In this document: piece by piece, positions 14,096 through 29,000 of the stretch | How the letters are laid out: the number at the start of each line of letters is the position of its first letter | How positions within the stretch are numbered: the stretch's first letter is position 1 | Origin: Callorhinchus milii | Lineage: Eukaryota | Assembly (NCBI RefSeq): GCF_018977255.1 | Contig: NW_024704798.1 | Coordinates: forward strand, 248,001 to 312,000 | Length of the DNA stretch: 64,000 nt | Direction: 5' to 3' | The notes under the pieces: model-generated | What the model saw: the letters and a program-made list of their open reading frames with translations, nothing else | What the model was told of the DNA's origin: nothing | Databases searched by the model: none | Translations under genes and position numbers: made by a program

Positions 14096-17000
14096 GGAAT
14101 CATACCATAGCATAATGATGCACGTTTTCCCACAGATGTAAAGTCAATTCACTTTACAGTATAATCTGTGAAGCGCTTTGAGACGTCAAGAAGACGTGAA
14201 AAGCGCTATGTCAAATGTAAGGATTATTAAAATATTATTATTATCCAGCAGCACACACAGAGGCATCTCTGTTAAACATATGTTCAGTATTCATAACTGC
14301 TAACAAGGCAGCACTTCCTCTTCACTGGGTGTCAGTAGAGGCAATATCAGTTTGCAGTCCGATATATACACCATTATATGCCATTCAGACATTCTGGAAA
14401 AAATCCAGTTCCATATTGTGTTTGGGCTTCAACCCACAGTATTCGGAATCAGAGGCGAGAGAGAGAACTACAAACTTAACTAGGCTGAAAGTGTCAACAT
14501 ATATTGATCTTTCCTTTAAGTATGACTGGAATCTATTGCCATTATGGACAAAAGAAGGCAAACTATCTTTGTCGCTAAGTGTAAATCATGTTATAAAGAT
14601 CACTTGCGGAGTGGAGAGGCAAATGGTCTCCAGGATGTGAGAGCAGAGAGTGGGGGCAGATAGCCTGAAAGCCCAATGGTGAGATGGGCAGGGCAGGGCA
14701 GGAGACACTAAACAGGCAAAGGGAGGAATCATATCATTTCGTAGGTTGTAAGGAGTTTGCACCGGTCGGTTGGGGCAAAAAGCTCAGAGGGCATTGAAGT
14801 TAAGGACTAGGCTATGATCAGCCGGTACCTGGTGGCTCTGATCACTAAGGGATGTGATGGTGGCTTTGATCACCCGGTGGCTATGATACGCCCAACTAAA
14901 ACATGGGCAATCGTGCTTGTATGAAAGGATTTCTTCAATAATGGTTGCAATAGGTTTCGTCCCATTCTGCAGCCGTTTCCCCCACAAAATTTTATTTTTT
15001 CAGTTCCAGATATTGAAGAACTGGTCTCTGATCAGCAAATTTTAATTAGTCTCAGCCATGTTTTCATGTTGGGGATGCAACGTCATAAATCCTGTCTGTG
15101 TAATATCTACGATAATCTCTTTTTGTTGAAGAACACGGTATTTGGCGTGGATTGTTTTAAGTTAATAGATTGCTTAACACAACATTCGTGACAAAAGTAA
15201 AACTATTTTGTTTTCTTAATTTGCTCTTACGTCTACAACCTCAGCGGCGTTCCGCAAAGTTAATTTTCCTAATGTGTTATTTGGCCGTTAATTATTTCAG
15301 ATATCGCCGCAGTTAAATTAATTGGCATTAAATATTATGTGAAAGTTTCCACCCTTGCAGATTAAAAGTTGATCTTTGTTCTTCAAATACAGAAAGATCT
15401 GCTTCCCCTCTTGTCACCTGAGGTATTCCAGGCTGGAGACTGGCTTCTTATCTGATTGCAATGTTTCCAAAAACTGACAAGACAGCAGAGCTGGGGGATC
15501 TCTCAAGCTACCCCTTTATTACTGAAAACAAACCAAAGGTAAAGCCCAAAGTACAAACATGTTGCTTTGTTTAATGTTATCCAATAGTTTACAGTATGTC
15601 TTTGTTTGTATAGTATTTTCTGTGAAGCAACTTGTGATGTCCAGAAGATGTGATAATGAAGCATATCAAATCCAAGCAATATTTTTATTAAAGCTGGACC
15701 AGGGCCTGTTATACAACGACCATGCTTGATATTCCAGAGACCATTGACCTTTCACTTGAATAATGCATTCTACGTATTGCCCGCACTGACAAATGAAGGC
15801 GAAAGGTGTTTTGGCGAATAGTATCAATCCATTTGCAATGCTCAGGTTAACGTACATAATGATAGGTTAATCAGCAACACTGCTTCATTATTATTGTTCG
15901 TGTAGGTCGTGGAGAATGTTAATGCATCCCAGGAAAATGAGTGAAAGTTACAAAAAAGTCATTTTTGATTTATCAAGTATCGATGGCCATGTGAGAGCAA
16001 TGTTAAACCAATTGAGTAATATTATAACCATTCGTACTAATGTGCTAATGCGCCACTGTTCGGCAGAAGAGGCCTAATATGTGTGATCAAGTATTTGTTT
16101 CGCTTACTCAGATGAGTTCGCTCTGCTGGGTAGACATGTGGGGTTTGAATCCGACACACATGTGAGCACATTGGCTTCTGAGGTTCAAATCCCACAGAGC
16201 TTTGATCTACAGTGTTTGAGAGGCCTGTAATTATAGCACTGAAACTCTCGTGTATATTCTGTTTGCTGTTACATATTTGTTCTTTGCTGTTACATTTTTG
16301 GCGTCATTTTGACAAAATTCTAACTGTAATAATAGTGGTTTAGATAACTCGACCTAATGTGTATTTTGGCCGTTATTTACTTCAACCGCACAGCGGTCCT
16401 GCTGCAAAGAACATGAAATCTGTGGTGTAGTCCGTGTCGACTAAAATGTTCTTTATCTCTCTGTATGATCTGCCTCAGCAGCTTCCGCTGCCAGAAGTCT
16501 TCATCCCTCAACATCCACTCCGTTCCCACCAACACCAACCCACCCCCTCCTCCAACCCGCAATTCCCGTCTCTTTTTCTCTCTTTCACACACAAAAACAT
16601 AGCTGATTTCAAGCACGAAACACTGTTTCGGCCACCATTGCAAAGTATTATTAGTCCGGGAATTGCTTCAATTTCAATTCCAGATCCGTCAGCAAAGCAC
16701 CAGAAACTCAATTTTAATGTTAATATAACTTGGCTTTGCCTTTCGCTGTACACACATACATACAAACACACGTTTATGGCAGGAAAGAAGCAGCAGCTCA
16801 GATGTTATCTGACAGCAGTTTCAATGTAACTTTTAAAGCCAAAGTGGCATCACAGAGCCTTAGCAATGTATAGCTCAGAAGAAAGTCATTCATAATGTGT
16901 GTGACCAAATGATATTACACTTATTGACATGAGGTAGTTCTGGTGGGCAGAGATGTCGGGTATGAAGACAGCTCAGATGTCAGCACATTGGCCTCTGAGG

Positions 17001-17368
17001 ATTAAATCCAATAGTGACTTTTTCCTACAGCCTTTGAGAGACCTGTAATTACAGCACAGAAACGCTCAGGATGATCGGTTTGTTGTTACATAGTTTATTG
17101 TTTGCTGTTGCAATTACTGGTGTCATTGTTCACAATTCTAAAATTAATAATATTTACATAACTTGATCTGATGTGTTAAATTGGCCGTTATTTACTTCGA
17201 CTTCACATCCAGGTGCTGCAGCAAAGCACCAGGAAGTCTGTGGTGCAGCTCGTGTCGACTAAAATAATTTTTATCTCTCTGTGTGATCTGCCTCTGCAGA
17301 TTCCGCTACCAGTCCTCCTCGTCAACATCAACCTACCAACTTTCCCCCACTCAACACCCCCCTCACCC

Positions 17369-17411
<43 letters not shown>

Positions 17412-20400
17412 ACACACACACACACACACACAAACACACATACACATATTCGAACACTGTGGATTTAATGAAGGAAAAATACCGGTTGCTCAGACGTTAT
17501 CGGGCATCAGTTGCAAATGTAAATCTTTAGTCCTCAAAGATGCATCACAGTGTCTTAGAAATTGCAGCACAAAAGAAAGACATGTGTTGGACGTGTTTTT
17601 GGAAGTAAAACGTGTTTAGTCTAATTCACCTGTCTTTCCCTGTACTATTGGAGGTTACTTCTGATTCACAAAAGAGAGACAAGATCAAAGTGAGTTTAAT
17701 TCAGAGAGTGGGAAATGAAACAATATTTTAAAAAAATAAACTATATTCACCCTGAACTAGACAACCGCACAGCAGCACAGACATTGGAGCTCAGAGCCTC
17801 AGGAGGACACGGGTACCCAGGGCAGGGCACAGACATTGGAGCTCAGAGACTGTGGAACTGATGGACATTCAGGGCAGACTCAATAACGGTTGAGACAAGA
17901 GTTGTTGCTGGTTACAAAGCCAGAGTTACAGTAATCGTTCGAGTCCAGAGATTATAACGGTAAAATTGAGCAGCTTCTATATTGGGAGATTTAGTGTTTC
18001 AACCAATGATAACCAACGGCTTCACACAACGGAGCCAAGCGGCGAGACACTGAGAGCGCGTCCCAGTCACTACACTTAGAGTACAGTGGGAAATCGGCCA
18101 AAATATGATGAAGCAATGGTTAGTAAACCAGAAATAGAAAAGGAGAGACACGAGTAGGTCTAAACAACGGCGACTGAAAGAGATAGAGAAAAAGACATGC
18201 TTCTCCAACCCCGAGTCTATCCATCTCTGAGCCTCACCAGCCCTGATACCGCTCCAGCCCTGAACTCTCCAGCCCTGAGCCTCTCCAACTCTGAGACTCT
18301 CCAGCCCTGAACCTCTCCAGTCCTGTGCCTCTCCATCCCTAATCCTCTCCAGCTCTGAGCCTCTCTTGCCCTTAGCCTCTGTAGCCCTAAGCATCTCTGG
18401 CACCCAGTCTCTCCTGCCCAATGTCTTAGGAGGCCTGAGTGCTCAGGAGCGGCTCAGCACTGAGACTCAATGTGAGTGTTGGGTCGCTTGGCGCTCTCTC
18501 TGTTTCTCTCTCTCTCTCTGGACACAGCAACCGTAAACACACAACAAATGATTGCATAATCTTATAATAATAATAATAATAATAATCCTTGCATTTGATA
18601 AGCGCTTTTCACGTCGGATGGACGTCCCAAGCGCTTCACAGAACACACTGTAAAGTGAATTGACTGTAAACTTGTGGGCGAACGCGGCAGCCAATTGCGC
18701 ACAGCAATGTCCCACAAACAGTCGTAGACTGAAAATGCCAATTTTATTATTGTTTTTGGTTTTGGAGGGATTATTATTAGGCTCTGTGTGGAGTAAGGAA
18801 ACTTGCCCAAGGTTTCGCCCTCTGCCGGGAATTGAACTCAGGTCTCTCGCTTGCAAAGCGAGTGCTCTAACCACTGAGCTACAGGACTCCACTCCATCTT
18901 ATGTTTTATGCTGTCAAACCATTTATATTGCTGCAGGAGACGCTGGAGGAGTTTTGCTTGGAAACATTTTTAAAAAAATAATTGTTTGTTTTTGATGAAA
19001 ATGTAACTTTTAGTTTAAAGCAAAGGCTTCAATTCGCTGCAGGTTGCCTGCAGTTGCTCGGATGATGTGCAGGATGGGATTATATTCTGTGCGGCATTTG
19101 TGTTCATGGCCTACATGTGTTTGCATTCTCAGCGCCGCTGTTTGTCTTTGTGTCTGTCTGCATTTTTCTACCTGATGAGTAACTGGCTTCCCACGTTGCG
19201 ACATATGTTTAAATCATTTGGTGTGTGTGCTTGTGAGTGTGTGAGTGTGTGTGTGCATGAATTTGTGTATGTGTGCGGGTGTGTACATGGTGTGTTGCTA
19301 GTTTTAGTGTAGTGTAAATATCCGCTGCAGTGTTTCCATCCTCTGTAAGTTTGTGCTGGAACCGCTCTGAGTGGCAGATACTGAACTGTGGAGCCTGATG
19401 TAATTGACTCGCTCCATCTCCGCATTTGGAGCAAGAGTTTCACATTCAGTAGGAAACCGGTAATAGTCTCGGAGGCATTTTCATTTGCTGGGATACGTTT
19501 GCAGTACTTTTTGCACAGAATATCTTGTCGGCTGCATTTTAAATCTGTTCATGTCATGTAACAGACTATCACCCAGACAGTAAAATAGTGAGACTACGTT
19601 CTGTGGGATCTGCACTCATAATCTTGACTGGTTTATGCAAGGCACAGGGACAAGTTGGCAAAGTCACTGTGTGTGTCAGACATTTACACTGAGAATGCAG
19701 TCAGGATGACTGAAACCTTGACCTGTCCCTTCACTGGGGAGAGGTCTGGGTGAGGGTGTGTTCAAGTTGAGCAGCACTGGGCCCCACGCTCTCTGCCGCT
19801 GGTGATCAGACACAGAGGCTGAGAAGGCTCAACAATAAACTCACAGAATCTCACTGTAGTTATGTATAAAATATATCTGTGTACGTCGACTTATGGTCCA
19901 AAGCTTTTATTTAAATTAAAAGTTTTATTCATGTGCTGATGCCTAAGCTTGTCTCGATTTTTAAACAGGAGCCAGAGTCATGTCACCCCCTCCCACTATA
20001 GTGATGGCCTACAGTGTGATCATTCACAAGGTCAACATTGATCACTTTCCTTTCAATACCCGAAAGAGGAAGGCGAGATTATATATAACCATTCAAACTT
20101 TATTTAAAAATGATCAAGTAAGACAATGAACAGTTGTGCTAACATAATTAATTTAATTTTAAACTGTATTTCTGATCACATTTTGTACAAGGCTTTGAGC
20201 AAGTTTCTCTTAAACCAAACACACACCTGCATTACGATTTAAGAACATCAGAATTTCTTCGGCTGAAAAAGACCACGGTCCTTCTAGTTCGCCTTCCACC
20301 AACCGGACAGTCGCTTCAAATGTCTTGTGCCAAAACATATACTGTGTCCCGAGACATTATTTTCTTGCAGAAACCTATCTCAATTGATCCTGAAATGAAG

Positions 20401-21165
20401 CACTTTTATCCTCATGGTCACGCTGTGCAGCCTGTTCCATACGTTTACTCTTCGTGCACTGAAGTAATGTTTCGGAACATTTCTTCTGAATTTACCCTCC
20501 TTCATCGCAGGCCGTGTGCTCTGGTTCCATTCTTCAGAATAAGATAAAACAGCTTTTCATATTCCTCATTTTACCCCCATTGGCTGCTACATTTCCCCTC
20601 CAAAATAGTCAGTCCCTTCACTTGGCCGTGTATTCTGTGAAGCGCTTGGAGACGTCTCAATGAAATGATCAGGCGCTATAACATTGGTGCGTGTTATTAC
20701 ATGCAATGCAATGTAACATGATGGAAATATATAGATTGCAAAGTGTGTGGATCAAATTGTGCGTCCATCTCCCATCAAGAACACAAGAGAGATGTTGGGG
20801 CTGCACATTGATCCACATCCCCCCCCTCACATACCCAGTATCTGCAATACTGCTGGACACATACAATGCACAAATGTTTGATGGCCCATCTCAACTCATG
20901 AGCCACATTTCCGCCATTGATCTCTCAGGAAGCACGATCAAAGAGAAAAGACGGGCAATTATATCCATATACGGTAATATCATCGCTCATTGGTGAATCT
21001 TATCAGGCGAATGCTTCATTTTATACATATCAACAATCTATTGGTTACAAGGACAGAGACATTGGTTTGTGGTGAGCTGTTGTCCGGTGCTGGAGGGTCA
21101 AGACTGCAGTGGTTGACAGCAATCGCTTGATGTCCCTCACATTACTATCACACTGTCCAGTTGTG

Positions 21166-21211
21166 ATGCTGCGGTCAGTGGTCATCTACCTTCTACTCCA
21201 TACGCTGACAT
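21166..21211 (+). CDS. Orphan signal-peptide exon MLRSVVIYLLLHTLT, phase-1 donor (copy 2); candidate leader for the SRCR gene
   Basis: Same as 7192-7237 with one synonymous change (CTT/CTA). Phase compatible with the SRCR1 acceptor at 32561. Confidence 0.55.
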
Positions 21212-24200
21212 GTAAGTTAATGGTTTCTTATATATCTTCATCATAATCATACTGCTTGTGTTATTATTAATAATAAAGGAAGTTGATTAATCTCTGTTAG
21301 TCTTGACCACTTTACACACTGATCGTGTAATAGAATCAAGTTATATTTACTGAATTGCAAGTTGGTATATGGCGTTTCATGGTGTTGGTAAATTTTAAAG
21401 TGAAAAAAAGGGAAACGGGCAAAAGAAAGTTTTATTTTTGATCGAGATATGGGAAATGTTTGGATCATTTTCCCAATCATTCACGAAGAAAATTTTTTTT
21501 GGTCTGAAAAACGGATTGCTGTGGAAATACATAAACCATTTCTGATATAGTGAAAACTGTTAAAATATTGAATTGAGTACATTGGAGGCAATTGCCTGTG
21601 AGTCCTGGAGAAATGTGAATGGTCAGCAATGGTCAGTGTTGTAATTCTAAGCAGATTATGTGTCGTGTGAATTTTATAATATTTTTGATGATTTTGGATA
21701 ATGCATTAAATATTATTCTGGCTTGGTTGTTGGTTTGTTTTAATTTACAGTTCAAATATGAGCGGTTTATCAGCAATAGCTAACATGTATTGAGTTGAAT
21801 TCCCTGCTGTTGGTGGAGGCCACAGTAGCTCTTGATTTAAAGTTAAATAGTTGAAAGGATTATGAAATAATTAAGCTTTTTTGATTGAAAGTTACTTGCA
21901 TATTACTCGCATGTGAAGGAAGGTTTCAACCCAAATATTGCCTTTCCGCATAGGGTTCTGTTGCTTTTCATCAGAGGTGAAAGAGGCAGAGAGTTGAGGG
22001 GGAAAGAGGCAGCGAGTCGGGGGTCTGGGGATGGAGTTCCCGAGCGCAGAGACTGAATGGCTGAATCTATTCCTATTTTGAGTACAGTAATTTACTTTCT
22101 TTATTGACTCAAAAGAAAAGGATCGACTGTTGTTGTCCATGAACTACAATTGACAATGAAGACCTAACACTGAGGGACTCGGTCCTGTTAGAGTGAAGCT
22201 GTTTTTGGGGCCATTTTCTCCTGTTCAGTACATGCGCTGCTCTGACCAATGAAAATACACTTGTTCTTGAGACACAGAATGATAACACAGGGATTGAACA
22301 TGTCCTTCAATTTAAAATTTTATCCAAATAATATTGATTGTGTCATAATAAAATGAAAGCTAAAGTTTTTGAAAACAGCGGCAAATAAGCAATTTGTAAA
22401 AGTAAATTGGTTTACATAAAGAAATGAAGAACCATTGAGTTAAACACATCAGTAAATGTTCCATTCCAGTGCATGATACTTAAGTATTTATTTGCTCATT
22501 GCTCTTGATAGCGGTACATAAACAGATTTTTTTCTGCATTGATTTAGAAGCGGAGATAAGAAAATGCTGATTCTTTCAAAGATATTTACAACTCTTAGGC
22601 ATTTTTCAAATAATTATTTTGATTTTCTTCTACTTTTTGAGAAGAAAATTTTACAGTCTTTCCATGCAATAAGAAGCCAATACACATGGGGTTTATGTAC
22701 AGCTCCCAGTCCCCGTGTTGTAAACACGGCTGAATTTCCGTCCTGCGCCGCTGCTATTGACGGTAATCGATCTGGTGGATTGGATCATCACAGACTGGAG
22801 CATTAACTTAGCGACAGCCGAGAGCAGGTACTTGAGAAAAACATACATTAAGTCAATAACATAGGGACCATCATCCACAGAACCATAGCCAGAGCCCAAC
22901 CGCCCTGTGTGTGTGTGTGTGGTGTGTCTGTGTCTCTGTCCTCACTGTAACTGCAGCTGAGATACAATACCGCAGGTTTACAGACAGTGTCAAAAAATGG
23001 CCTCACGGCTCTGACCCTCAGCGGCTTTGATGTTTATATTGAACACAACATGACGAGGAGTAAAAAGAAAATAAACATAAATAATAAGTGAACATATTCT
23101 GCAGAATCATATTCAGTACTGTACCTGCTCCCTTATTGCAGATACATGATCAATACTTCCTCACCCCAGTATTGGTTATAATAATAGTATACTAATAATA
23201 ATATAATATTTTATGTGTTCGGGTGAGTTAAATAAAATTCATTGTATTGAATACTGTGCTGATCATGTCTTCAAGACAACTCAGTGTGTTTGACATGATG
23301 TACCGTCAAGTAAGTTGACTTTAAAGCGAAATGCGGCAGCTGATTTTGCACAGCCGTGTCCAACACAGAGGTGGGTTGAGTAATCATATTATTATTATTA
23401 TTATTATTATTTGACCAATGCTCTGTCAGCCTGACTCCCCAGCTCTTCCCTACACAAGCTGCAGCCCAGCCAGATCCTGCGGCTCTTGTCCTCTCCAGCA
23501 CCAGCCATGGCAGTCTGTCAGCATTGCCTCACATGGCTATTTGGAGAGGACAGGACCCACAGGGTTCCGGGTGGTCTGTAGCTTGTGTTGTGAAGAGCTG
23601 TACAGAGCAAACTTCTCCAGGTTAAAATATGCTCAATTGGATCTGCTGGTGGATTTGGAGCCAGAACAAGATTGAATGTATTTTCTTCCTGGAGTTTAAG
23701 TCCCTGCGTGGCCTCATTCCACTGAACATCAGCCACAGCCCCACGGCCTGACTGCTCCCTCGGCAGCTCAATTCCCCACCACCTGCTCACCAGTGTTCAG
23801 GTGTTCAGGCCCCGCTGTCTGCCACCCCCTCCCGCAGCCTCTCCCCCTCCACATTGGCTCTTTTATAACCGCCTTAAATGTTCCCTTTCCACCTGACTCT
23901 GGTCATCTTTCTCTCCTCCTTCCTCAGTTCCCCCACCGCAGCTCCGGCTCCCTTCCCGCTGTGTCAGGCGGTTTGAGACGTTATCTCACTGTGAAATGAG
24001 CTGTAACATTTTCAAATTATTGTTTTCTGCAGATTAATTAAAATATAGGAAATAACAGGACAAACGCATGTGATTATATTGGCGATCTATTGATGTTTCA
24101 CACATATTATCAATAAAATATTACTGTCCTACCTGTAAAATAAACTAGCATTACATTATTTTGTTACATATATAGATATGTGTATATATGTTTGTATTGA

Positions 24201-24884
24201 ATTAAAATGTGAGGATTGTTTCAGATAAATTTGTCTGTGAAGTTATTGCAGATAGTGAAGTGCTTAAACAATGTATGTGCTGTGATGGTATCCAAATACA
24301 TTCACGTCAAATGTAAAGGTAATTTGCAGATTAATCATCATATAGTGTAAGAAGGCCCTAAACCATCCGACGGCAGCAAATCAAAGTATGTTTTTTATTC
24401 ATTTCAAAACTTTCAATGTAGTGCGTCAATCAGATTTTCCATGCCAATCGAGGGAATATATGATAAATTTAGGTATAAAGGTTCTCCACAAAACTTTCAC
24501 TGTTTGGAAATATTTAGTTTGAATTGAGGTCATATTCTTAACATACATGGATTTGTGACTTGACAAATCTGAAGGTGGATGTTAAGAACATAATTTATCA
24601 TTGAGATTGTGAAGTCAGTGTAAAGGAAAGTATGAACATCTGCTGTTTCATCTAATGTTACGCAGGTGTTGGCAAGTTACAATCTTTCACATCTTTGTCA
24701 GTGCGACATTTAATGCATTTGAACACCAATAACTATAGGCTCGGCAATGGCTTCTCAAAGTAGTTTTTATGTAATTGAGATTGTAAGCGGTATTGCTCTC
24801 AGTTATAGATTAGGTGCATTAGTAATGAAGAATTCAGCTTAATGATACTGATGAAAGTACAGAAATTCCCAAGGACAGTTATTA

Positions 24885-25130
24885 TCTGTCCGCTCCCTAC
24901 CCTCAGGAGGCTCTGGCCTTCTCCACACCCCCGCCCGGCCTACCCCACCATCGGCTTTGAGCTCCTTGGCCCACAGCGCCTGGAGATCCCACAGTACCTT
25001 CATCTCTCTCCCTCCTTTGCCTCCTTCAAAACATGTCTCCACAGTCTCCTCTTCAACCGCGCATTCCTCCAGACAGCTCCCTCTCCCCTCCCTGCCCTCC
25101 ATCACCCTGATCCCAACCTCCAGCTCGGGG
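24885..25130 (+). mobile_element. L2 LINE ORF2 C-terminal fragment (second copy ~28945-29190)
   Basis: Translation …GFELLGPQRLEIPQYLHLSPSFASFKTCLHSLLFNRAF matches the L2 ORF2 end pattern (SL..FK..LKT.LF..AF). Confidence 0.75.
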
Positions 25131-25706
25131 CACAATCTTTGAGGTACTCCCGATGTGAAAAAACTTTACAAATGTGATGTTGTGGCTGTGTATCATTAAC
25201 AGAGTTGCATGCAGTCATGTGTCTCAATACCTCTGCAATAACACTCAACATCTAATGTGTAGCATTTGTGAATCTTTAGTTTACTAACGTGTTAAAGAGA
25301 AGGTATTCTGCAAGTGAATGCATATCCAGAATAATACTTGTATCGTCGTAAATACTAAATGAATAAAACTGATCTGAAATGACCAACACATTAATAATTG
25401 GAAAGCTTCCAGTTTTAGAATATTTACCTTTCTTTGTGGTTTGCGTCACCTTCTCAGTCTCTCTCTTGCTCTCTATCTCGCTTTCGCCCCTATATATCTT
25501 GGAGCCCCATCTCCCCCTCCCAACTTGTACTGGACACCGAGTCATCTTACATCAATAATTATTTGGTCACTTAATGCACCACTGTTTGTGGGATATTGCT
25601 GCGCACAATTGCTGCTGCGTTTCACCCACAAAAGACACAGTCACTGCACTTGACACTCTATTCTGCGTTCGCTTTGGGACGTCTCGATGACGTAATACGT
25701 GATATA

Positions 25707-25997
25707 AATAATAATATAATAATAATAATCGTTGCATTTGATATAGCGCTTTTCACGTCGGGAGGACGTTCCAAAGCGCTTCACAGAACACACTGTGAAG
25801 TGAATTGACTGTATATGTGTGGGCGAACGCGGCATTCGATTGCGCACAGCAATGTCCCACAAAACAGACGTAGATTGAAAATTACCAATTTATTATTGTT
25901 TTGGGGTTTTGGAGGGATTATTATTAGGCTCTGTGTGGAGTAAGGAAACTTGCTCAAGGTTTCGTCCTCTGCCTGGAATTGAACTCAGGTCTCTCAC
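25707..25997 (-). mobile_element. SINE (same family), cut by the gap; tail-to-tail with an older + strand SINE remnant at ~25555-25705. Equivalent intact copy 29770-30092
   Basis: Same core, tail and head motifs as 4586-4916. Confidence 0.85.
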
Positions 25998-26027
25998 NNN
26001 NNNNNNNNNNNNNNNNNNNNNNNNNNN
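25998..26027. other. Assembly gap (30 N)
   Basis: Run of n characters. Confidence 1.
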
Positions 26028-26099
26028 GATGCCTATCTCCGCGATAACCCCGGTAAGCTCCACTCGCAAAGTCTCGTGGGGACAATAAAGGACAGAGTT

Positions 26100-29000
26100 T
26101 TCTTTATTGAGTCAAAAGAAAAGGATCGACTGTTGTTGTCCAAGAACTACAATTGACAATGAAGACCTAACACTGAGGGACTCGGTCCTGTTAGAGTGAA
26201 GCTGTTTTTGGGGCCATTTTCTCCTGTTCAGTACATGCGCTGCTCTGACCAATGAAAATACACTTGTTCTTGAGACGCACAGAATGATAAACACAGGGAT
26301 TGAACATGTCCTTCAATTTAAAATTTTATCCAAATAATATTGATTGTGTCATAATAAAATGAAAGCTAAAGTTTTTGAAAACAGCGGCAAATAAGCAATT
26401 TGTAAAAGTAAATTGGTTTACATAAAGAAATGAAGAACCATTGAGTTAAACACATCAGTAAATGTTCCATTCCAGTGCATGATATTTAATAATTTATCTG
26501 TTCATTGCTCTTGATAGCGGTACATAAGCAGATTTTTTTTCTGCATTGATTTAGAAGCGGAGATAAGAAAATGCTGATTCTTTCAAAGATACTTACAACT
26601 CTTAGGCATTTTTCAAAATTAATTATTTTGATTTTCCTTCTATTTTTGAGAAGAAAAATTTTACAGTCTTTCCATGCAATAAGAAGCCAATACACATGGG
26701 GTTTATGTACAGCTCCCAGTCTCCGTGTTGTAAACACGGCTGATAATTTCCGTCCTGCGCCGCTGCTATTGACGGTAATCTATCTGGTGGATTGGATCAT
26801 CACAGACTGGGAGCATTAACTTAGCGACAGCCGAGAGCAGGTACTTGAGAAAAACATACATTAAGTCAATAACATAGGGACCATCATCCACAGAACCATA
26901 GCCAGAGCCCAACCGCCCTGTGTGTGTGTGTGTGTGTGTGTCTGTGTCTCTGTCCTCACTGTAACTGCAGCTGAGATACAATACCGCAGGTTAACAGAAG
27001 AGTGTCAAAAAATGGCCTCACGGCTCTGACCCTAAGCGGCTTTGATGTTTATATTGAATGCCAACATGACGGGGAGTAAAATAGAAAATAAACATAAATA
27101 ATAATTGAACATATTCTGCAGAATCATATTCAGTACTGTACCTGCTCCCTTATTGCAGATACATTGATCAATACTTACTCACACCCAGTATTGGTTATAA
27201 TAATAGTAATACTAATATATTAATAATAATATTTTTATGTGTTCGGGTGAGTTAAATAAAATTCATTGTATTGAATACTGTGCCTGATCATGTCTTCAAG
27301 ACAACTCAGTGTGCTTGACATGATGTACCGTCAAGTAAGTTGACAGTAAAGCGAAATGCGGCAGCTGACTTTGCACAGCCGTGTCCAACACAGAGGTGGG
27401 TTGAGTAATCATATTATTATTATTATTATTATTACTTGACCAATGCTCTGTCAGCCTGTCTCCCCAGCTCTTCCCTACACAAGCTGCAGCCCTGCCAGAT
27501 CCTGCGGCTCTTGTCCTCTCCAGCACCAGCCATGGCAGTCTGTCAGCATTGCATCACATGGCTATTTGGAGAGGACAGGACCCACAGTGGTCCGGGTGGT
27601 CTGTAGCTTGTGTTGTGAAGAGCTGTACAGAGGAAACTTCTCCATGGCTAAAATATCCTCAATTGGATCTGCTGGTGGATTTGGAGCCAGAACAAGATTG
27701 AATGTATTTTCTTCCTGGAGTTTAAGTCCCTGCGTGGCCTCATTCCACTGAACATCAGCCACAGCCCCACGGCCTGACTGCTCCCTCGGCAGTTCAATTC
27801 CCCACCACCTGCTCACCAGTGTTCAGCTGTTCAGGCCCCGCTGTCTGCCATCACCTCCCGCAGCCTCTCCCCCTCCACATTGGCTCTTTTATACCCGCCT
27901 TAAATCTTCCTTCTCCACCTGACTCTGGTCATCTTTCTCTCCTCCTTCCTCAGCTCCCGCACTGAAGCTCCCGCTCCCTTCCCGCTGTGTCAGGCGGTTT
28001 GAGACGTTATCTCACTGTGAAATTCGCTGTATTATTTTCAAATTATTGTTCTTTCTGCAGATTAATTAAAATATAGGAAATAACAGGACAAACGCATGGA
28101 TTATATTGGCGATCTGTTCATGTTTTAAACATATTATCAATAAAATATTACTGTCCTACCTGTAAAATAAATTAGCATTACATTGTTTTGTCTTATATAT
28201 AAATATATATATATGGTTGTATTGAATTAAAATGTGAGGATTGTTTCAGATGAATTAGTCAGTGAATTTATTGCAGATAGTCAAGTGCTTAAACAATATA
28301 TGTGCTGTGATGGTATCCAAATACATTCACATCAAATGTAAAGGTAATTTGCAGATTAATCATCATATAGTGTAAGAAGGCCCTAAACCATCCGACGGCA
28401 GCAAATCAAAGTTTGTTTTTTATTCATTTCAAAACTTTCAATGTAGTGCATCAATCAGATTTTCCATGCCAATCGAGGGGATATATCATAAATTTAGGTA
28501 TAAAGGTTCTCCACAAAACTTTCACTGTTTGGAAATATTTAGTTTGAATTGAAGTCTTATTCTTAATATACATGGTTTTGTGACTTGAGAAATCTGAAGG
28601 TGGATGTTAAGAACATAATTTATCATTGAGATTGTGAAGTCAGTGTAAAGGAAAGTATGAACATCTGCTGTTTCATCTAATGTTACGCAGGTGTTGGCAA
28701 GTTGCAATCTTTCACATCTTTGTCAGTGCGACATTTAATGCATTTGAACACCAATAACTATAGGCTCGGCAATGGCTTCTCAAGGTTTCAGATATTCATG
28801 AACATTTTGTATTTTAACAGTAGTTTTTATGTAATTGAGATTGTAAGCGGTATTGCTCTCAGTTATAGATTAGGTGCATTAGTAATGAAGAATTCAGCTT
28901 AATGATACTGATGAAAGTACAGAAATTTCCAAGGACAGTTATTATCTGTCCTCTCCCTACCCTCAGGAGGCTCTGGCCTTCTCCACACCCCCGCCCGGCC

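Larger units (their letters stand above)
14096..25997 (+). repeat. Segmental duplication block A-B-C followed by module D (~23620-25997)
   Basis: Colinear with 90-9638, then continues into D, which recurs at ~27640-30092. Confidence 0.95.

Noticed and set aside
23654-23690. J-like peptide FGARTRLNV (also ~27680)
   Set aside because: No RSS upstream, no splice donor downstream, wrong strand relative to the V segments.
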